A stretch of DNA of 64,000 bases from Sminthopsis crassicaudata (Eukaryota): positions 586,314,958 through 586,378,957 of the forward strand of contig NC_133617.1 of the NCBI RefSeq assembly GCF_048593235.1. The letters are read 5' to 3'. The translations under genes were made by a program, and so were the position numbers. Shown one piece after another: positions 1 to 14,169 of this stretch (its first letter is position 1; the number at the start of each line of letters is the position of its first letter). The notes below the pieces were generated by a model. It was given only the letters and a program-made list of their open reading frames with translations. It was not told the DNA's origin and did no database searches.

Positions 1-144
1 AAAGGGGACAGCAGAGAACAAGATGGACAGATGTCATGGAAGCAGTAAACATGAGCTTGGATAGACTTTGGTGGAGAATAAAAGAACCTGACATGTGGTC
101 GTCTATGGGCTCATGAAGATTTGGAAATTACTGAACAACAACAA
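1..144 (+). mobile_element. RTE-clade LINE 3' end fragment
   Basis: Resembles the recalled RTE/BovB-type 3' terminus (agatggacagatgtcatggaagc...gtctatggg...) and ends in an (ACA)n-type tail, ctgaacaacaacaa. Confidence 0.5.
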
Positions 145-848
145 TAAAACCTAACTTTTGCTTTCCCTCAGAATCCCAAAGGATGAGCAAAGGGAGTGTC
201 TTTGTTCTACAAAGTCTAACATTGTACAAGATTGACTTTAGAGTATTTCTCTAAAGAATATCAATCTTACCCCACTCCCTTACTAAGTGTACACCAAGAG
301 GAGCTGGCATGCAAGAGATCTGCATCCCCATTTGGAACAAGTTGTTGGACTCCATTCTGTCTGGGGCTGCCCTAAAGACGGGCTCAAGTGACCATGAATC
401 CTACAGTTTCACAAACTAATAGGCTCTGGTTCTCATCTCTTCATTTTGTAAAATTTATTAAATTTTATTTATTTAAAACTAAATATAAAATAAGAAAAAA
501 ACAAATAGGAAAATAAGTCAAAACGGAAAAAAACACCGCATTGTCAAATAAATGCCTAGCAGAACATCAGGGTGGATTCAAAATATGTAACAATAAATTT
601 CCATTTCAAGAAAGCATATAATAAAAGATATTATATTCTTGATTGTCCATCTTTTCTTTGCTTCCTTGTAAATTATTCTTTGCTCTTTGCTGTGCACTTT
701 TTACTTTATTCTTTCTCTTCTCTTTTATTCCCCCACCCATCATGTCTCCCAAGAAGGCTACTGTTAAGCACAGATATATTTATGTATAAATATATGTGAA
801 TGTGGGTGGGTGGGTTTAAATACACACACATGCATACATAATACATCT

Positions 849-852
<4 letters not shown>

Positions 853-901
<49 letters not shown>
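853..901. repeat. Compound (AT)n(AC)n microsatellite
   Basis: Directly visible. Confidence 0.95.
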
Positions 902-959
902 TATCTAAATACATATTTACAAATATACAGACATGCATCTAAAACAATATTAATATGGC

Positions 960-1490
960 TGACATATAATGTAGATTTCTCTCTTGATTGAAACTTTAAG
1001 TATGACTTTTTTTGAGATCAATGTTTACTAGTTGTTTTTTGTTCTAATAAATTCTACTCCTGATCTTTGTTATTATGTTTGTGCATATCTCTTATTTCTT
1101 ATCCCTGCTAAATTTTCTACTCCTTAATGTCCCTTGTTAATGCTTAACCTCCCCTCACCCATAAATCCTTCCCTTATTTTCTTCATCTACCCTTTCCCTC
1201 CCTCTTTATCCCAATTCCCATTAATCTACACACCATATCCCACAGGCGATAAATCTACTCGTCCTTCTATATCTCACTTTATCCCATTCCCTTTCCTTTA
1301 TCTCTTTATAAATTTTGGAGGCCCATCCCTTCCAAAAAAAAAAAAAAAAAAAAGATGAGGAAATGCATATATTTTCAATGAGCTCTGTATTAAACTCTCA
1401 TACTAAAAAAAGCTTGGCGTCATTTTGGAGGCTACTTCCTTATAAATACCTTGTAAAATAGATGCCTTTATTTCATTCTGTACTCCTATA
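960..1490 (-). mobile_element. Degraded L1-like fragment (inter-ORF/ORF1-side region); boundaries approximate
   Basis: Its reverse complement is purine-rich and resembles the L1 spacer seen at 29000-29400. Confidence 0.35.
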
Positions 1491-2419
1491 CCTCCTAAGG
1501 AGGCAGGATATTTAAGGAAAATATTTAAACTAAGCCTTTTAAAAATAAAAACTTATCAAAAAAGTTATATCATCTACTTTATCATAACAAATAACTTCCT
1601 TAATACTACCCAATGTCCTACCGCACAGACACCAAATCTGAATAAAGAAGTTGGGCTTAATTACTAGCTCTGACCATATATAATTAGCACAGATCTGAAA
1701 CACCCTAGAAACCATTTCACAAACATGCAAATTCTAGGTATCTGAAATTGCACTGAAATTATTATTAGCAATTGCACTTTAAAAATAGCTATGCACACAG
1801 TGGTTTGAAGGGTGTTGGTTTTCAGTCCAGTGGAAAAAATCTGATCTCAGCCACAAATAGGCATTATTCTGTCTCAGTAGAGCCTTTTGAAATTAAAATT
1901 AATGTGCACCCAGTGCTGGTGCAACACTTCAAAGATTTTGCCATAACCAAGTAACACAATAGTCAAAATCTTGGGTCCGTAAAAAGCTATGAAAGAAATT
2001 AAGCTTAAAGCAAAAACATCCAGCTTGTTCTCTTTGTTTTTGTTTTTTTTTTTAAATGAGAGTAAGTGCTTTTAATGCCATAATCTACAAACTCAAGTCT
2101 GCAACTCTTCCTCTTTTGAACAGCTACATGGAAAAAAGAAAAAATTTAAAATAGCTATGGGGCATACTGGAGTCTTCCAAATTCTCTCAATCCAAGAGGG
2201 AAAATGTAGACTATGTGATTGGTATTGAATTTAAAGTTCAATACAACAGGAGATTTGTCTATTTTATTATGCACAATCCATGCTCAAGCTTTTATACTAT
2301 GAAGTTAGCTTTAATAAAAATGAATCATTACTTTGTCTAAAAGGAAAGGGGAACCGCTTGAAATTTAGAGCAAGAAAAAAACTTAGAACTTTATTTGTAG
2401 GATTCACAGAAATATTTTT

Positions 2420-2610
2420 GTTGTTTAGTCTATTAGTCATGACTAATAGTCCCCATTTGGAGTTTTCTTGGCAAAGATACTGGGTAATTTGACATTTCAG
2501 TTTCCAGTTCATTTGACAGATGAGGAAAACTGAGGCAAACAGGATTAAATGACTTAAGCTAGTAAATGTCTGAAGTCAGACTTTAACTCAAGTCCACCTG
2601 TCCTTGCTAA
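2420..2610 (-). mobile_element. Mar1-type CORE-SINE
   Basis: Contains the Mar1-type tail motif ttttcttggcaaagatactgg followed by the CORE motif cagatgaggaaaactgaggc. Confidence 0.6.
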
Positions 2611-2890
2611 TGTTCTTACAGAAGCAACTTTTGACAAGTCAGCCACTTAGAAAGGACAGTAAAAATGGTTCATGTTAAAGGAGGCTTCCAGATGGATACT
2701 TTTGCTTCAGCACAGCACAAGTAGCTGCCATTTTTGCACTCACAATTAAGGATTTCCTTAAGTTAAAAGACCTCCAAGTAACAATTCATTTGAATTTTTG
2801 TTTTCAAACAACTTATAAATGTGAAAAAACAGTCCTTCCCCCACAAATCATATGTACTCCACACAAGTAATGAGTCAAAGCATCACTCAC

Positions 2891-2986
2891 TTGTCTCCAC
2901 AGGTTTGCTGGAGAGAGCTGAGAAGGTGAGATAAGTGACATAACAGCTAATGAGGCCTGACTGCAGTAAGCCGGAGTGAGGCTGCC
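2891..2986 (-). CDS. SERINC5: SERINC5 coding exon (human exon 7 equivalent), 96 nt: (R)[31 protein letters not shown]
   Basis: Acceptor ttttcag and donor gtgagt; near-identical to recalled human [28 protein letters not shown]; phase fits the preceding exon. Confidence 0.97.
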
Positions 2987-5458
2987 CTGAAAATGGAGAA
3001 GAAATGCATGGTCAGAGAATGCTAGGAGACCAGAAGGGGCCTGAGATACCAAATGGTTCAACCACATTTTTTTTTTAATTTGATAGAAATTAAGGCCCAA
3101 GTTCCCTAACTTAAGTCAAGAGAAAGGCCAAAATTCCAACCCAAGGATCTCCAATTCCAAATTCCAATACTTTATACTGTACTATGCTGTTATAAAGATG
3201 TTATCAAGAAAGGGGAAATATCACTTTTTCCTGGTGGATATCCTCTGAATCTGGCTCTTAACAAAACTTCCTGATTCTGAAATTAGAAGCTTGCCACAGT
3301 TTATAAGGAACTGTGGAGAAAGAAATTACAAATACTCTTACACAAAAATACTATCTGTTACTAGTGAGAATTTTCCAAAATAATCAAGTTTTTTTTTAAC
3401 TTTTACGTGTATTTATATATTTATGCATTATATATTTTACTTATATTATTTATTATACATTGTAACATATTAATTATTATGTATTAATATTTTTAAGGAG
3501 AACTTGCATAAATAAAAAGCAGAACCTTGGCCCATACTACTATGGAGTTTTTTGCACACACCTCAAGATGTAACCAGCTCCAGGGACATATTGAAACCTA
3601 ATCTGATTCCTAAACACATTACAAGAAAAGTGTCCCTCCAATTATTGTTAAGAGATCCCCAGTAGCTCAGTGGAGTAAACAAAACACTACAAACTCTATT
3701 CCACAGCTATATGCACATCAATGCCCTGGAGAGGTACAGCAAAGATATCTCTGTTTCTTTATCTGTAAAAGGCAAAGGCACCAATGCTTGATGGAGTTCT
3801 TAGTGAAGAACAGAACAAGTGTCATTTAAGGAAGAAATCTGCTGGGAGCCAGGTTCCAAAAAAGAAAGGTTTCCCTGGCTTCTAATATGCTGGATTTTAA
3901 ATGAACAGACTGATTCAGCTACAATTTAGAGTCTTTAGCTCCTGCATAGGAACATTAAACTTGTTTCATGACTAATCATTTTTGTTGTGATTTTTTTGGA
4001 TTTATAATGATACTACAATTATGACAAGGAGCTCACAAATTACTCTTCATGCTACTGAATCTTTAAAACGAAAATGAAAAACGCACTGCCAGTCTTGGAT
4101 GCCAACTCTCATATGTGCCCTTCTCAGATTAAGTCATCATGATTTAGAACCTCCATCGACTATGTTTAAAGTAGAGGGTTTTTTTCACTTTTTTCTTTTT
4201 TAAGTCAGACTACACTGCCAGCCTGCTGAAGTCCATGGATCTTTTCCTGAATATTATGTACTTTAAAAAAAAATTCACGATGAAAGAAAATGCTAAATTT
4301 AATTAGAGGTTAGTGAAAATAAAAACTTATTTCTTTTCCTATCCAATTCCATGGGATTCTCTGAAATTTACTCATGGATTACAGACTCTATGGACTCCAG
4401 AATAAGAAATTCAAACAGAATATTTGTAATAGATATGGTCACTTTGTGACAAGGTATTGAGGGGATGGTCGTATTTAGTGGCCAAAATTATCAAATAGTG
4501 ATGGGGAGAAGAATGGGAAGGGAATATTTAACCTGGCATCTATTTTAATTTACTTACAAGCTGAAATCACAATAGGCCTTGTTCAAGCCTTAAGAAAAAC
4601 ACTCTCAATTATATAATCCAAACTTCTCTTAGTCCCCAAAACTTTGTAAATTAGTTAATAAATCAATCCTAATAATGTATTAGCCTCTAAGACACTCAAG
4701 GCACAAGTTTATTAACTCAACAAAGTTCTTCTCCACCCTCTTGAAACTGTTAGGCAAGGCAATTATGAGTAAACATGACAAAAGAGGTCATGTCATCATG
4801 GGAATCCAATTTTTCTTTGCCCCAAAGATAAAAGTACTGGCTTGGATCATAAAAATGTGAGGGGAGTTTAGGACTAAAGTAAATTTTAAAATGTCCTTCC
4901 AATATATTATTTCTGAAACAGGTGAAACTACCAGAACCTCATGGCTATAGGTGACTAGAAGAACATGTGCACATTTATTAGTTAACAACTCACACATGCC
5001 TTTCCAGATCTCTATGCCCTCCAAATTCCTTGAAGATAAGAAATATGTATTTGGATAATCCACTAACTTACTGATTTTTGCAAATTCAGTTTAACAATAT
5101 TTAACTGGCACATATTTTGTACATGTACCTTATTTAGTCTGATATGGGATGTAATCTAGGAACAGGATCCCTTATGGAATCCCAGGTGGGATTTCCAATT
5201 CTCCTATTATCATCAACCTAACCACATTGGTGAATTAATGACAATATCTTCAAATAGAAAGCCATAGGCTTCTAGAGAAGAAGTGCTGCTGGAAGCAGAT
5301 TAAAATGTAATAGGGAAATATTTAACAAAATGGACAAAAATGCAAAACAGATAATGCTAATTGGTGATTGTCTGAGTCAAAATTTGAGTTTGACACTGCT
5401 GTTCTAGGGCTTTCAAGACAATGAGGCAGAAAGAGGAAGAAGTAGCCCCCATACTTAC

Positions 5459-5670
5459 GATTTTGTACACAGGGTGAGATGGCTACCAGGGAAATAAGTA
5501 AGCAGAGGCCTCCACTCACACCAAGGAAAATTTTGTTCTGCAAGCAGTCTTCCTCCCAGGTGTAAAACCAGGCCATCAAGATCAGCGCTCCCACAGCAAT
5601 CGTGTACATGAGCAGAGTCACCAGGGCCAGAAAGGCATACCATATTTTGTTATGAACTGTGCCTGCAGTC
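5459..5670 (-). CDS. SERINC5: SERINC5 coding exon (exon 6 equivalent), 212 nt: (W)TAGTVHNKIWYAFLALVTLLMYTIAVGALILMAWFYTWEEDCLQNKIFLGVSGGLCLLISLVAISPCVQN
   Basis: Acceptor aaatag and donor gtaagt; overlaps ORF 5322..5621; two TM-like segments matching SERINC5. Confidence 0.97.
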
Positions 5671-6727
5671 CTATTTCCAAGAAGAGGAAAAGAGAGAGAG
5701 GAAGATTAGTCAGAGGATCATTTGACATAATACTCTTGGAGTAATAAATCCCTTGTATTCAGCTCCCAGGATGATGTAACGAGTAGTACAAAAGGCTTTC
5801 TGAAATGAATGCACCCCATGACAATATTAGATGACTGGGAAATGTTTGACCCATTTGGTCTAAGGAATTGATAAATGCCCACAAGAAACTGCTTCGGCCT
5901 TCTCCTTCTGACCCAGTCTAAGTTAGACAGTCACCCCCACCACCATCGCCTTAAATGGATTCTTGTGTTTAGAACTTTTGAGATTTAGAAACATAAGATA
6001 TTTTTATATTTTTACTCTGGGACATCTTCATGAAGCCCTGAAAGGAAACTACTAATAACAATGGAATGATTATATGATACAGCTGAGTTCTAGTACTACT
6101 TATAGTAGTTCTTCTCCAAGGCTCTGTCTCATTTTTGGTTTTTGTATTCCTTACATCTTGCAAAGCATTTGGCACAGAGCAGGCACTTAATAAATGTTAG
6201 GTAAACCAAACCGATTCCAGAATTGCCTTGGAAGTTCTGTTGGACAGCATTTCACTCTTCAGGGTTGTGACCAAATTACCATCATTCAAAGTCATGTTTT
6301 CTATATCTCACTACTGACTACAGGTAAGAGGGACAGTAAGACAACTCTAATTATAATGATGAAGACAAAGAGAGGCCTTGGAAAATTAGAAGAAGAGGCA
6401 AGGATAATTTTTTATATAAGGAAAACCAAGGAGAGGACATCGGGCAAAGAAAAGGCAGAGTGACACTTAAACTATTATTTCTCAATAAAAATGTTGATAG
6501 GAAAAAGAAAAAACAAAACAAAACTTGTGTACCAAAAAAAGTAATATTGGTGGGAGAGAGAAGGGGGAAAAACATGATTCCAAACCTTTAGAAACTGAAG
6601 AGAAAGAAACAAAATGAAGAAAAACATTTCATGAATCATTATCATCTGACTTTTAAAATTAGGTTGCTTCTTGCAACCTCAATCTCAAGGAATACAGAAA
6701 AAGAGAGAGGGAAGAAGAGGGGGGGGA

Positions 6728-6873
6728 NNNNNNNNNNNNNNNNNNNNNNNNNNNNNNNNNNNNNNNNNNNNNNNNNNNNNNNNNNNNNNNNNNNNNNNNN
6801 NNNNNNNNNNNNNNNNNNNNNNNNNNNNNNNNNNNNNNNNNNNNNNNNNNNNNNNNNNNNNNNNNNNNNNNNN
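6728..6873. other. Assembly gap (146 N)
   Basis: N run. Confidence 1.
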
Positions 6874-7899
6874 TGACAAAATTGGAAAGCATTCAGGGAA
6901 GCCCATGATAAAAAAGTTTCCGTAAACAAAGAGGAATGAAAACGGGAAAGGATCTGATGGAAATCACTCTGTGGTGATAACTGAAACTACTGACCACAAA
7001 ATTGTCCCCAATTAAAAGAAGAAAAAAGAAAGTAGGAAAAAAATTGACAAGGGTGAAAACATTTATTAAGTGTTTACTAAATGTCAGACACTAGAGTAAG
7101 TTCTCTGATCTATTTACTGTGCTATCAGATGAACAATAGGGGAGAAAAAAAATGGAGAGAAAATGACTTGCATAAACAATATTCTATTCAGTTTGCCCCT
7201 TCTTTTTTCTCCTGGTGTATTATGTTATATTTTCCAGAGTCTTTTATTCTCAGTACTTTGATGGACCTGTGATTTGTAATCTATGTCTGAGACAGAATTA
7301 ATGTTTACCAGGTTAAATTGCCTCCTCTCTGCCTCCCTTAACATACCAAGCCCATTCTAGTACCCCACTTACATGGAGTTCAGTGTTCTCACACCACCAG
7401 TCACCATACACTGTCCAGATGACTGGACAAGTTCCATAATGAGGCTTCTAACTTGTTAACTGTTCAATGATGAGAATCACACTTTGAGATCTCAAAAGTA
7501 AACCAGCAGGGTTCTGGCATAACCCACTCTTAACCACTGGATATCCCTTACAACCCCCTCTGGCATCTTCTTATCCTATATAATTCTTACTTCGTCTTTC
7601 CATATATCCTCCCGAAAGGATAACCAATGTTTTTGTTATGGCTCCTTCCATATTTAAGGAATATTATTATAACACCCTAAATCACCCACCTTTTGATTAG
7701 ATTTCTTGCTTCATGACTAACTCATGGTTACTGAATAGAAAAAAATAATTTGATAATGTCTTATATTACAATTCATATGAAATTAATGGTCTGTTGGTCA
7801 ATAAGCATTTTTAAGCACCTAGGTCAGGTATTCTGTTAAGGACTAGAGATACAAATAAGGCAAAAGAAAAACTTTAATGTAGGAACATACTATAGCCTA

Positions 7900-8620
7900 C
7901 TTGTGTTCAATAACAGTCTTTGCACTGCCCTTTTGGCTTTTTTGTAATTTTTATAATTCTCAAACAGTGATCTTCTGTGATACAAAGTAATGTCTCTCCC
8001 TAAAAGACACTGGAGTTAAAGAAATGTGCAGTTGTGTAGGGATCATTGAAAGCACAGGACAATTTGCCAAAGGAAATCCAACCCAATCTCTTCCTACTCA
8101 ATTTAAATATCAACAGGATCTGTCTTAACACATGAACTAATTCATTCAGCTATCAGTTCAGCTATGTCACTATTTGAATTTTTCATCCGCTTTGTTTTTC
8201 TAACAAGGATGGCTTAACATTTTTCACATCGGGTAGGGATTTTACTGAAGCTTTCCAAGCTGTTCTGAAAATAACTATTCCCAGGCTATTCTGGGGCTTG
8301 TTATTATTATATGCAAATAGGAAAATTTAGACAGTTTTGCTATCAATAGAGAATGTACACTTTGTTTAAATTCTATACAGATCATCTTCTGTGACAATGA
8401 AAAACTGCATAGGAGAACACTTATTTCTGCATTTTGCATCTCAATTGATTCAATTGTTAAAAAATAAGGTTACCTTTGTGGTTACATATGCCTTGGAGTC
8501 TCTTACATATGTATGGAAGACCTTTTATTGGAGAAGATCTCCAAGCTTATATTCTGTTTTGTCCAGTTGTGTATTTAGGAAGCCGAGTATGGGACCTCCC
8601 AGAGGTAATCTAGTCTGACT
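7900..8620 (-). mobile_element. Highly degraded LINE reverse-transcriptase fragment, probably RTE clade
   Basis: Minus-strand translation near 8380-8450 (KCRNKCSPMQFFIVTEDD) resembles the RT QGDxxSPxxF motif region; many stops. Confidence 0.3.
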
Positions 8621-11600
8621 TCGTTTTACAAAGAAGAACATGAAGGCCCACATATAATAAAAAATAGTGACAAAATTAGAAGTCTCAATTCAATATTCTT
8701 CAGGCAATCTTCTTTCCACTGCACCAAGCTACCAGATTTTTTTTTCTTTGTTTTTTGGTTATGAAAGCACGGCAATTGGGGTTGTGATTTGCCTAGGATT
8801 GCACAGCTGGTAGGTGACAAATGTTTAAAGCTGAATTTAAACTCAGGTGCTTCCTGACTCCAGGTCAGTGCTTTTAATCAACAAAAGAATAATGAAATTA
8901 TTCTTATAATGAAAAAGAACAATGAAATGTTCATATTTTCTAAACCTCTGAGCTATGTGAACCCTTGAAATGGAATTTACTCTATAAAATAATTAACCTC
9001 GTGCATTCATGAAGAACCAAAATTTGCAAGATAATAAAGTAGGTATCAATAATAACAATATTGTCTCACTGTAGCGGTTAAGTGGTACAAAGGACTTGGA
9101 GCAGAGCAGAGCAGACTTGGGGCTAAGACTTTTTCCCATTCTTTTAGAATATGCTCTGATGTATCTCAAAGACAAAGAAAAGATTCTTGGTGCTCTTAGA
9201 AATGTGGTGCCTGATGGCCTGTTTCCTTTGTATGTATTTGGTCAGAACCAGATGCTCTTCTCAATTTCATCACAGTCATTTCCATTTCCACACATAGCAC
9301 TTTAAGTGGGGAGGTAAGAGAGTGCTAATATTATCGTTTCCCCATCACTGTAATGAAAACAGATGACTATAAAATTGCTATTAAAATGCTAATATATCTG
9401 GGGCCCTTCCCAGTTTCATCTATGAATGTCTTTGTGATAATGACTCAATTGAATCTCATGCCAAGTTATCATCTTGGGCTGTTTTATGAGGCAACACAGC
9501 TTAATTTTCCATCATCCCCTAAGATGTTTTTTGCAAATGAGTCTGTAAACTATATCAATTTCAAACTTGGACAAGGAGATTTAAATATTGGCTGATTGAG
9601 GCTTCTGGGTAAGATCTTTCAGACTCCTTGTGGTCATGACAGAATGGTAACAGAGTCAATAGTTCTTGCTTCTATTCGTTATTCAGAGTTTTGGGACATT
9701 TTAACAGGTTGGACTGAAGCTGCTCTAATTACAAACTTATTACTACCCTTTTTTATAATTTGATCTTTACTTTGACTTGTGTGTGCATGTATTATATATA
9801 CATACATATATAATATATATATATGCACACTGTACATTACATTATGAAAATTATTTTTATTTAATTTAATTAGTTTTTAATGGCCTAAAGTCATAGAAGG
9901 CATAGTCAAATTTGCAGATGACATGAAACTGTAAATGTCAACTAATGTACTGCCCAACGGGAAAATGACTAACAATCTCAATACAATATAAAGTGAATGT
10001 TAATAAGGATGTTATTTGGTTTCCACCAGTAGCATGTGAAAATTATTCACTGGTTACCAGACAACAATCATACATTAAGAGTAGTAAATGATATCTTAAA
10101 ACTGCCTAATCTTCATCCCTTCTCCCACCATTACTGGAGAAGGGAAGGAGTCACAAATTGAATGGGATTCTAAATTGGTCTTATTTTTTTTTTCAGTCAA
10201 ACACACAAATCAGTTGACAATTTATGGTGATAAGTTTCCTTAAAGCTTAGCTCATTAGATCTTTAAGTAACTGCCAACTTGTATTACTAGGATTATAAGG
10301 TGAGGGATTTCTATTTGGAGCTGGAAGGGATCTTACAGGCCACAGAGTCCACCACCTTCTTTTTATGGGTGAGAAAATGGAGAATCAAGAGTCACCCAAT
10401 TAGTATGTCTGAGAGGATCTGAATTCAGACAATGACTCCAAGACAAATGTTCATGAAATCTTTCTGTGTTGGGAAAATTTAAGATGATAAGAAGAGATTT
10501 CAGGGACCATTTAGTCAAATTTTACTTTACAGACAAAGAAACTGAGACCCAGAAAGAGTGGAGTGACTTCTCCAATTTCACAGAAATGAGATTTGAAAAA
10601 AAAATGAGATCTGAATTCAGATCCCCTGAGTCTAGAAAGCAGTGATCTTTCTTCTGCTCACTGCTTAAACTCTACTAACATATCTTTTGAGAACTCAGGG
10701 TCACCTCAATGCATTAAAGTGAGGCCTGATGGAGTGACAGTGGAGTTTTCCAGTCTTTAAAATGACAATCAGCCAAAAGGACTTATGAATATTATCAAGG
10801 AGCTCACCTTCCCACTTCCCCAGATCAAATTAACATTTCCTGTAAGAATAATTGATTTGAGTTTTTCCCTATCAAAAACTAAAATAAAAAATAAAATAAT
10901 GTTGATGATGATAAAGGAAAGGGAATATGCATTTATAGAACTACTATGCTAGAAGGCACTATGTTAGATATTTTTTCTCATCTGATTCTCAAAACAATCT
11001 TGGGAGGTAAATGTTATTCCCATTTTACAGTTGAGGAAACTGAGACAAACAGAGGTTAACTTACTTGCCCAGGGTCATATAACTAACAAATTTCTGAGGC
11101 TGGATAAGAATTCAGGCCTTGTTGATTCTATGTCCAGCCTAGAGTTCTCAGTTCACAAGTAGAGGGGGGAAAAAAATTTTTTTTGAATATCACACACCTC
11201 AAGAAACCTGTCAGGATAGTGTCTTTTAAGATTTCTGAATCTTCACTGTTTTTCTATGAATAGGCAAGCCCGGTGGGAGAAGGGCCAGAACAGGGGCTGG
11301 TCCAGAAGCAGACAGCACAAGATTGCTGGCAAGCTGAAACTGGACATATAAACTGCTGGCTGGGCAGTGAGCAGAACTGGGAAAATCAATTAGGGAGTAC
11401 TTGAATCTTAACTGAAAATCCAGAAGACTGTTCTCATTAGAGGGACAGAAAAAATTTTATAATCTCTACATTCTAGTTTAAAAACAAAAGTTTACACAGC
11501 ACTGAATTATGTGAAATCTTTCTCAAAATCACTTTTAAAAGGAAGAAAGAAATGTGTGGAAGAAAGAACTGAACCCATTTCCTGCAGCATGAGCTCTTGA

Positions 11601-12798
11601 TTGAAGAGAAAAATCCTACTAAATAGGATCATTATGGGGAACATTACTACTGGCTCAGATAGTTAATTCTTTATTTTAAAAACTGAAGTATAAACTTTAT
11701 TAATAAGATGCTAATATAGGATTTTCACTGAGATATCAGTTGCAAGGTCAGGAAGGGCACAAGTGGCATTGAATATGTAGGCTTAAACTGCTCACATGAT
11801 GATTTCAAAAAAGTTTTAAAATCAACCATTTTCAGAAGTGCCAGCCAACAAAACAGCATGGACATTACAGACCCAGAAAAAAAAAGCTTCAGAAGTAATC
11901 AGAACATTACAGAGCCAAAAAACCAAGAGGTAGTCTCAAGAGAATGCTATTTGTTTTATAGGCAAATAAATGATACTTTGCCAAGGACACTAGGTTTTTA
12001 TTGTTAAGTTCCCTCTTTGAAATATGTACCTAATTTCTGAGGGGAAAAACAGTTTGCAAGAAAAAAATTTAATGAGAGCTTGTGAAAAATGTATAATAAA
12101 TGTACATAAATGACTTAAGATCACAGTCCACTTAGGACTAGAAAGGACGCCAACTGACTCCAACTGTCTCATTTTATACAATTGAAGACATGAAGGCTGA
12201 GAAATGTTAACTATCTTGATCAAGGTCATTTATATAAGAGGCATAACCTGAATTTGAACTTGGATTCTTTCACTCTAAATACATAGCTCTTTCCACTTTT
12301 TTTACAGAAACCACTAAACGTGATAAAGAATGGCCAAAACAAGCAGGAAGACTGAACTCTAAATGGAGTGACATAAAGTAATTTTGACCAAAGGGTCAGA
12401 ATCAGGAATAGAGATAATTAAAGAAGGAAGTAGTCAGCAGTATGGCTGAAAGATCCAACATTACAAACATGTATATGTATATGTGGATGGTATATACATA
12501 TATATTATACACATGAATATATGTCTATTTATTAACCAGCACATACATTATACACAGATTTCTGCCATGAGGATCTTAAGTGCTTCCATAACTACTTAGT
12601 AGGACCTAAGTATATTTAATATTTAGTAGATCATAAATTGATTTTGAACTTTTTGTCAAAGCACATGAGAAAAAAATTTTAAGTTAAAAGAATATAATAA
12701 CTAGTCTAAGAAACCTCTCAAAAGAAAAAAGAAACATTCATGTATAAGATAAATTGACTTTGACAAGTACCATTATGTTTTACAATAATAATACATAC

Positions 12799-12892
12799 CA
12801 GTTTTTATTCCATTTATGTGCAAACTCCACAAGTAAAATGAGCTGTATTCCTATAAAAAGAAATGCTCCAGTAGCCCCCACATAGCGCCATG
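12799..12892 (-). CDS. SERINC5: SERINC5 coding exon (exon 5 equivalent), 94 nt: (A)[30 protein letters not shown](W)
   Basis: Acceptor ctttgcag and donor gtatgt; translated by hand because it is not in the ORF track; SERINC signature VEFAHKWN. Confidence 0.97.
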
Positions 12893-13050
12893 CTGCAAAG
12901 CAGAAACCAACATATTCACAAAATCAATAAATTATTAAGATTAACTCATCTACACATTATTATTGCATTTTAGGGCTTATAAATTAATATATTAATAAAT
13001 TTCATAACGTATTATGCTACACTTCTGAATGATATACAATTTTCAAAATT

Positions 13051-13545
13051 TCAATAGTACTTTATTTTTCCAATTACATGTAAAGATAGTTTCCAATATT
13101 CATTTTTGTAAGATTTTTAATTCCAATTTTTTCTTCCTCCCTTCCTTAGCAACTCCCTCCCAAAAACAGCAAACAATCTGATATAGGTTATACATATATG
13201 ATCATGTTAAACATATTTCCATATTATTCGTATTGTGAACGAAAAATAAGAACAAAAGAGAAAAATCACAAGAAATGAAAGACAAACAACAAAAGAAAAA
13301 GGCAAAAGTATTATGTTTCGATCTGCATTCAGTCTCTATAGTTCTCTCTCTGGATGTAGATATCATTTTCTATCCTAAGTCTATACAATTGTCTTAGATC
13401 ACTGTATTGCTGAGAGGAGCCATGTTTGTCATAGTTGATAATCATACAGTCTTGCTGGTATTATATATAATGTTTTCCTGATTCTTCTCAGTTGGCATCA
13501 GTTCATGTAAGTTTTTCCAGGCTTTTCTGAAATCAGCCTGCTCAC
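13051..13545 (-). mobile_element. L1 3' end fragment, sense to SERINC5
   Basis: Reverse complement shows marsupial L1 3'UTR features (ctacatccagagagagaact, tatcagattgtttgct, G-rich tract, AATAAA). Confidence 0.8.
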
Positions 13546-13875
13546 GGAGATATACTTTTTAAAATATGAGCGCTAAGAGAATTTGTTTTTCTTCACTATC
13601 ACGTTTGTTAGTTTCATAGTATTTACTAATTAGCCCAGAACTAACAGGATATATACAATCAAGGAGCAAGAACATAAATAATATGAAAAGAAAATAGGAG
13701 CAAAATATATAGATTGGGTGGAAACAAAGAAACAAAGGAAAGAAACAAGTACTTTCTGAAAAAGATCCAAGAAAGCTATCATTTTGATCAATAAACTCCC
13801 TTTAGCTTGCACCCTGGTTAATTTTACAAGGCAAGTAAAAAGACAAAATGGAGCCACCAAACTGCCTATTATTAC

Positions 13876-13958
13876 CTTTTAGAAATGTGTCCTGGTCTGG
13901 AATGAAGAATGCTCCTGAGCACATAGCCACCAAAAGTAAAAGTTTAATGAACCAGAAT
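13876..13958 (-). CDS. SERINC5: SERINC5 coding exon (exon 4 equivalent), 83 nt: (G)FWFIKLLLLVAMCSGAFFIPDQDTFLK
   Basis: Acceptor ccctggcag and donor gtaata; lies within ORF 13802..14101; matches recalled human FWFFKLLLLGAMCSGAFFIPDQDTFL. Confidence 0.97.
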
Positions 13959-14169
13959 CTGCCAGGGAGGAAAAGGAATTTAAATGTTAAATATAAAATA
14001 AAAATACAATTTAAATACATTGAAGAAAGAAAGGTAACTTGCTTACCAAAGAGATAGTCTAAAAGAAAGTAAGCAACAATTCCCTTTAGAGATACTTTCA
14101 ACCTTGTTCTTTAAAAAAAAAAAAAGTGGTCTCTCAAATTAACTAGAAAATGTATAGAAAAAAAAGGAG

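Noticed and set aside
1-2890. SERINC5 exon 8 (expected ...GKNVTICVPDF...)
   Set aside because: No matching sequence found by eye; it probably lies left of the window.
5772-5780. TGATGTAAC, an ATF4/CARE-like site near exon 6; also TTCCTAGAA (GAS/BCL6-like) at 53646-53654 and an ISRE-like word near 4070
   Set aside because: Isolated short motifs in 64 kb of AT-rich DNA occur at chance frequency.
6631-6929. ORFs containing X runs at the six gaps
   Set aside because: Artefacts of translating N.
10808-10839. 32-nt micro-exon candidate in intron 5 (ttattcttacag...gaag|gtgagc); a similar 38-nt case lies at 55195-55232
   Set aside because: Short splice-site pairs are expected by chance and nothing else supports them.
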